This document shows positions 62,081 to 64,000 of a DNA stretch of 64,000 bases, in pieces; the first letter of the stretch is position 1; each line of letters opens with the position of its first letter. Under the pieces are notes generated by a model that saw only the letters and a program-made list of their open reading frames with translations, was not told the origin of the DNA and did no database searches. Both the position numbers and the translations under genes were made by a program. Source of the DNA: Pristiophorus japonicus (taxonomy: Eukaryota); assembly GCF_044704955.1 (NCBI RefSeq), contig NC_091990.1, forward strand, positions 135,718,001-135,782,000, given 5' to 3'.

Positions 62081-63799
62081 CAGTTTACTAACCAGTCTTT
62101 GTCCACCTGAAGCCCTTTCCAGGACATAGATCTTTCCAAGGTTAACCATGCTTCCAATTTTAATGTTGGAAATTGATGACATGCCTCTATGCATTACAGA
62201 CCAATGCACATCACTCTTAAATCCCCAGTCAAAAAAAAAACATTAACCATGACTTTGTTTTCTGTCCCATCTTATGCATGTGGTCACATTCCCTTCAACA
62301 CCATGTGCCTTAATCTTATCTAGAAGTCTCTTATTGGACTGTTCAGCCACCTAAGGACTCATTTTAAGAGGGACTGCCTATGATGATCAAATTCCTTTGA
62401 AAATCCCCATCCGCTGCAATTTCTCTATCAATACACTATTATTTCCCCACACCACTTGATTTAATTTGTCAGATATGACTTGCTTTTCACAAATCTGTCT
62501 TTCTAGGTTAGTATTCTATCTTGTTTTCATGGCAAGTCGAAGCTTACCCCATCTACTGTTAGGCAGACTGGTCTATAGTTATCTAGTTTATCCCTTTCTT
62601 ACCTTTTGAACATGTGTATTACATTGTGAATACTCCTGTCCTTCGGCACAACCAAATATCCTTAGATGTTTGGAAGACTGTGATCAGAGCCTCTGTTGTT
62701 TCCTCTCTGACTTCCCGATACATTCAAGGATACATGCCATCAGGGCCCTGTGTGTTTTCCACTTTAGAGTTACACTATTTTTTCAACACTACCTTATCTA
62801 TCTTCCTCTGGTACCTTTTCATCTCTACTGCTACATTTTTCTGTGAAAACAGAGCAAAGTAATCATTTAGTTTCTCTGCCATAAAAAGTTTTTCCTTTCT
62901 AATTGTCCTAGCCTACTCTACGAATTTAATTTGTCCATCTATAACATTTTGCAAATACATTTTTGTCACCGGCATTTAATTTTCCCTTCCGAATCCTAAT
63001 ATTGCTGTTGTTGCCCTTGGGCTTGGTACACGTATGGAAAAACACATTTCTTAAGAAAGTGAATCTAAGTTTTCTCCTAAAACACAGGTCATTGAAACAT
63101 GGTCCTCGAGGCACTTGTTGCAGAAAGAAATGGTGTTAACCACTGGGCCACCTGTACTGCTGAGTAATCTGACTTTCAGGTTTTGTTTGTATTGAAACCA
63201 TTCTTCTAAAGCATCCGGTTTGCTTTAAGAAACCTTGACTGCAGCACCTGTTCTCGTTTGTTCAGTAAATCTGACGATACCATGTCTCTATAATTTCTCA
63301 AATTGTATATACCTGTTTCTAGAATTTATTTTGAATATGGAATTTAGATGGAAATTCTTCAATTTTACAGCAAATGTTTCGACTGAACATAATCAGCATA
63401 TTAAATAATGGGAATTTGGTCCTCCATGGTAATCACTGAATAGGAGAAAATGATTCCCATGCTAATCCTTGATATTCTGAATGTGATTACAAACATGGAA
63501 AAAAACTTGTTACATAAATAATGTATAATGAGAGGATTTGGGCTACTTTTTAAGTAATTAGTCTTATCCCAGGAGTACAATGTTTTAAACATCTCTTTAA
63601 ATCTATTTACAGATTTTAAAAACAACAGTATTGTTGTAAAACCTGAAATGTTGCTGTTCTTAATTGAGCAGCTGTTCTTTAACATTAGTATGCAAAAGCA
63701 AATGATGAGGAAATCTACAGGATTTTTTAACGACTTATTGGTGAATTGGGTAGTTTGGCATTTCTTTCTATGTGTACTTTCTTTATTAGCTGTCAGGTT

Positions 63800-64000
63800 T
63801 GGCTCAGTTGTAGTACTCTCATCTCTGAGTCAGAAAGTTGTGGGTTCAAGTCCCACTCCAGAGACTTGAGCACCTAACCTAGGCTGGCACTTCAACATAG
63901 TACTGAGGGAGTACTGCACTGTCAAAGGTGTCGTCTTTCGGATGACATTTTAAACCATAGGCCCATTTACCCTCTCAAGTGGACATAAAAGATCCCATTG
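63800..64000 (+). mobile_element. tRNA-derived SINE 5' part
   Basis: A-box TGGCTCAGTTG and B-box GGTTCAAGTCCC. Confidence 0.75.

Noticed and set aside
63000-63300. RAG2 promoter or exon 1
   Set aside because: E-box motifs present but no convincing - strand splice donor; cannot be supported
1-64000. RSS or RAG-transposon TIR remnants (CACAGTG heptamers near 5724, 10120, 13363, 13672, 21689, 34022, 36658, 59857)
   Set aside because: None checked by eye has a nonamer at 12 or 23 nt spacing; most lie in known repeats

Overview
Vertebrate, repeat-rich genomic DNA containing the RAG locus. The repeat families and RAG sequences suggest a cartilaginous fish (shark); this is inference. Host genes: RAG1 (+, 24582-27647, single coding exon, catalytic DDE intact), convergent RAG2 (-, 54970-53411), and a CpG-rich promoter with inverted ZNF143 sites plus a first exon at about 59.5 kb that fits NWC/IFTAP. 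Upstream of RAG1: the 3' half of a young endogenous retrovirus (pol, a hidden 51-aa membrane ORF, env, 3' LTR), a full Gypsy element nested in an RTE LINE, and many LINE/SINE/MITE fragments. The RAG1-RAG2 interval (about 25.8 kb) is inflated by seven tandem ~1.4-kb 3' fragments of a Tx1-like LINE. Each junction carries a 14-nt motif (TTGTAGAGCTGTTG) that belongs to a short LTR also present uninterrupted at 55487-55730, suggesting a site-specific LINE that targets an LTR. Best leads: (1) this LTR-targeting Tx1 array; (2) decay of the ancestral RAG1 N-terminus into a uORF; (3) a Vpu-like ORF overlapping the env start; (4) an A-to-G hypermutated retroposed block; (5) a truncated Gypsy with two LTR-start (U3) ends downstream of RAG1.
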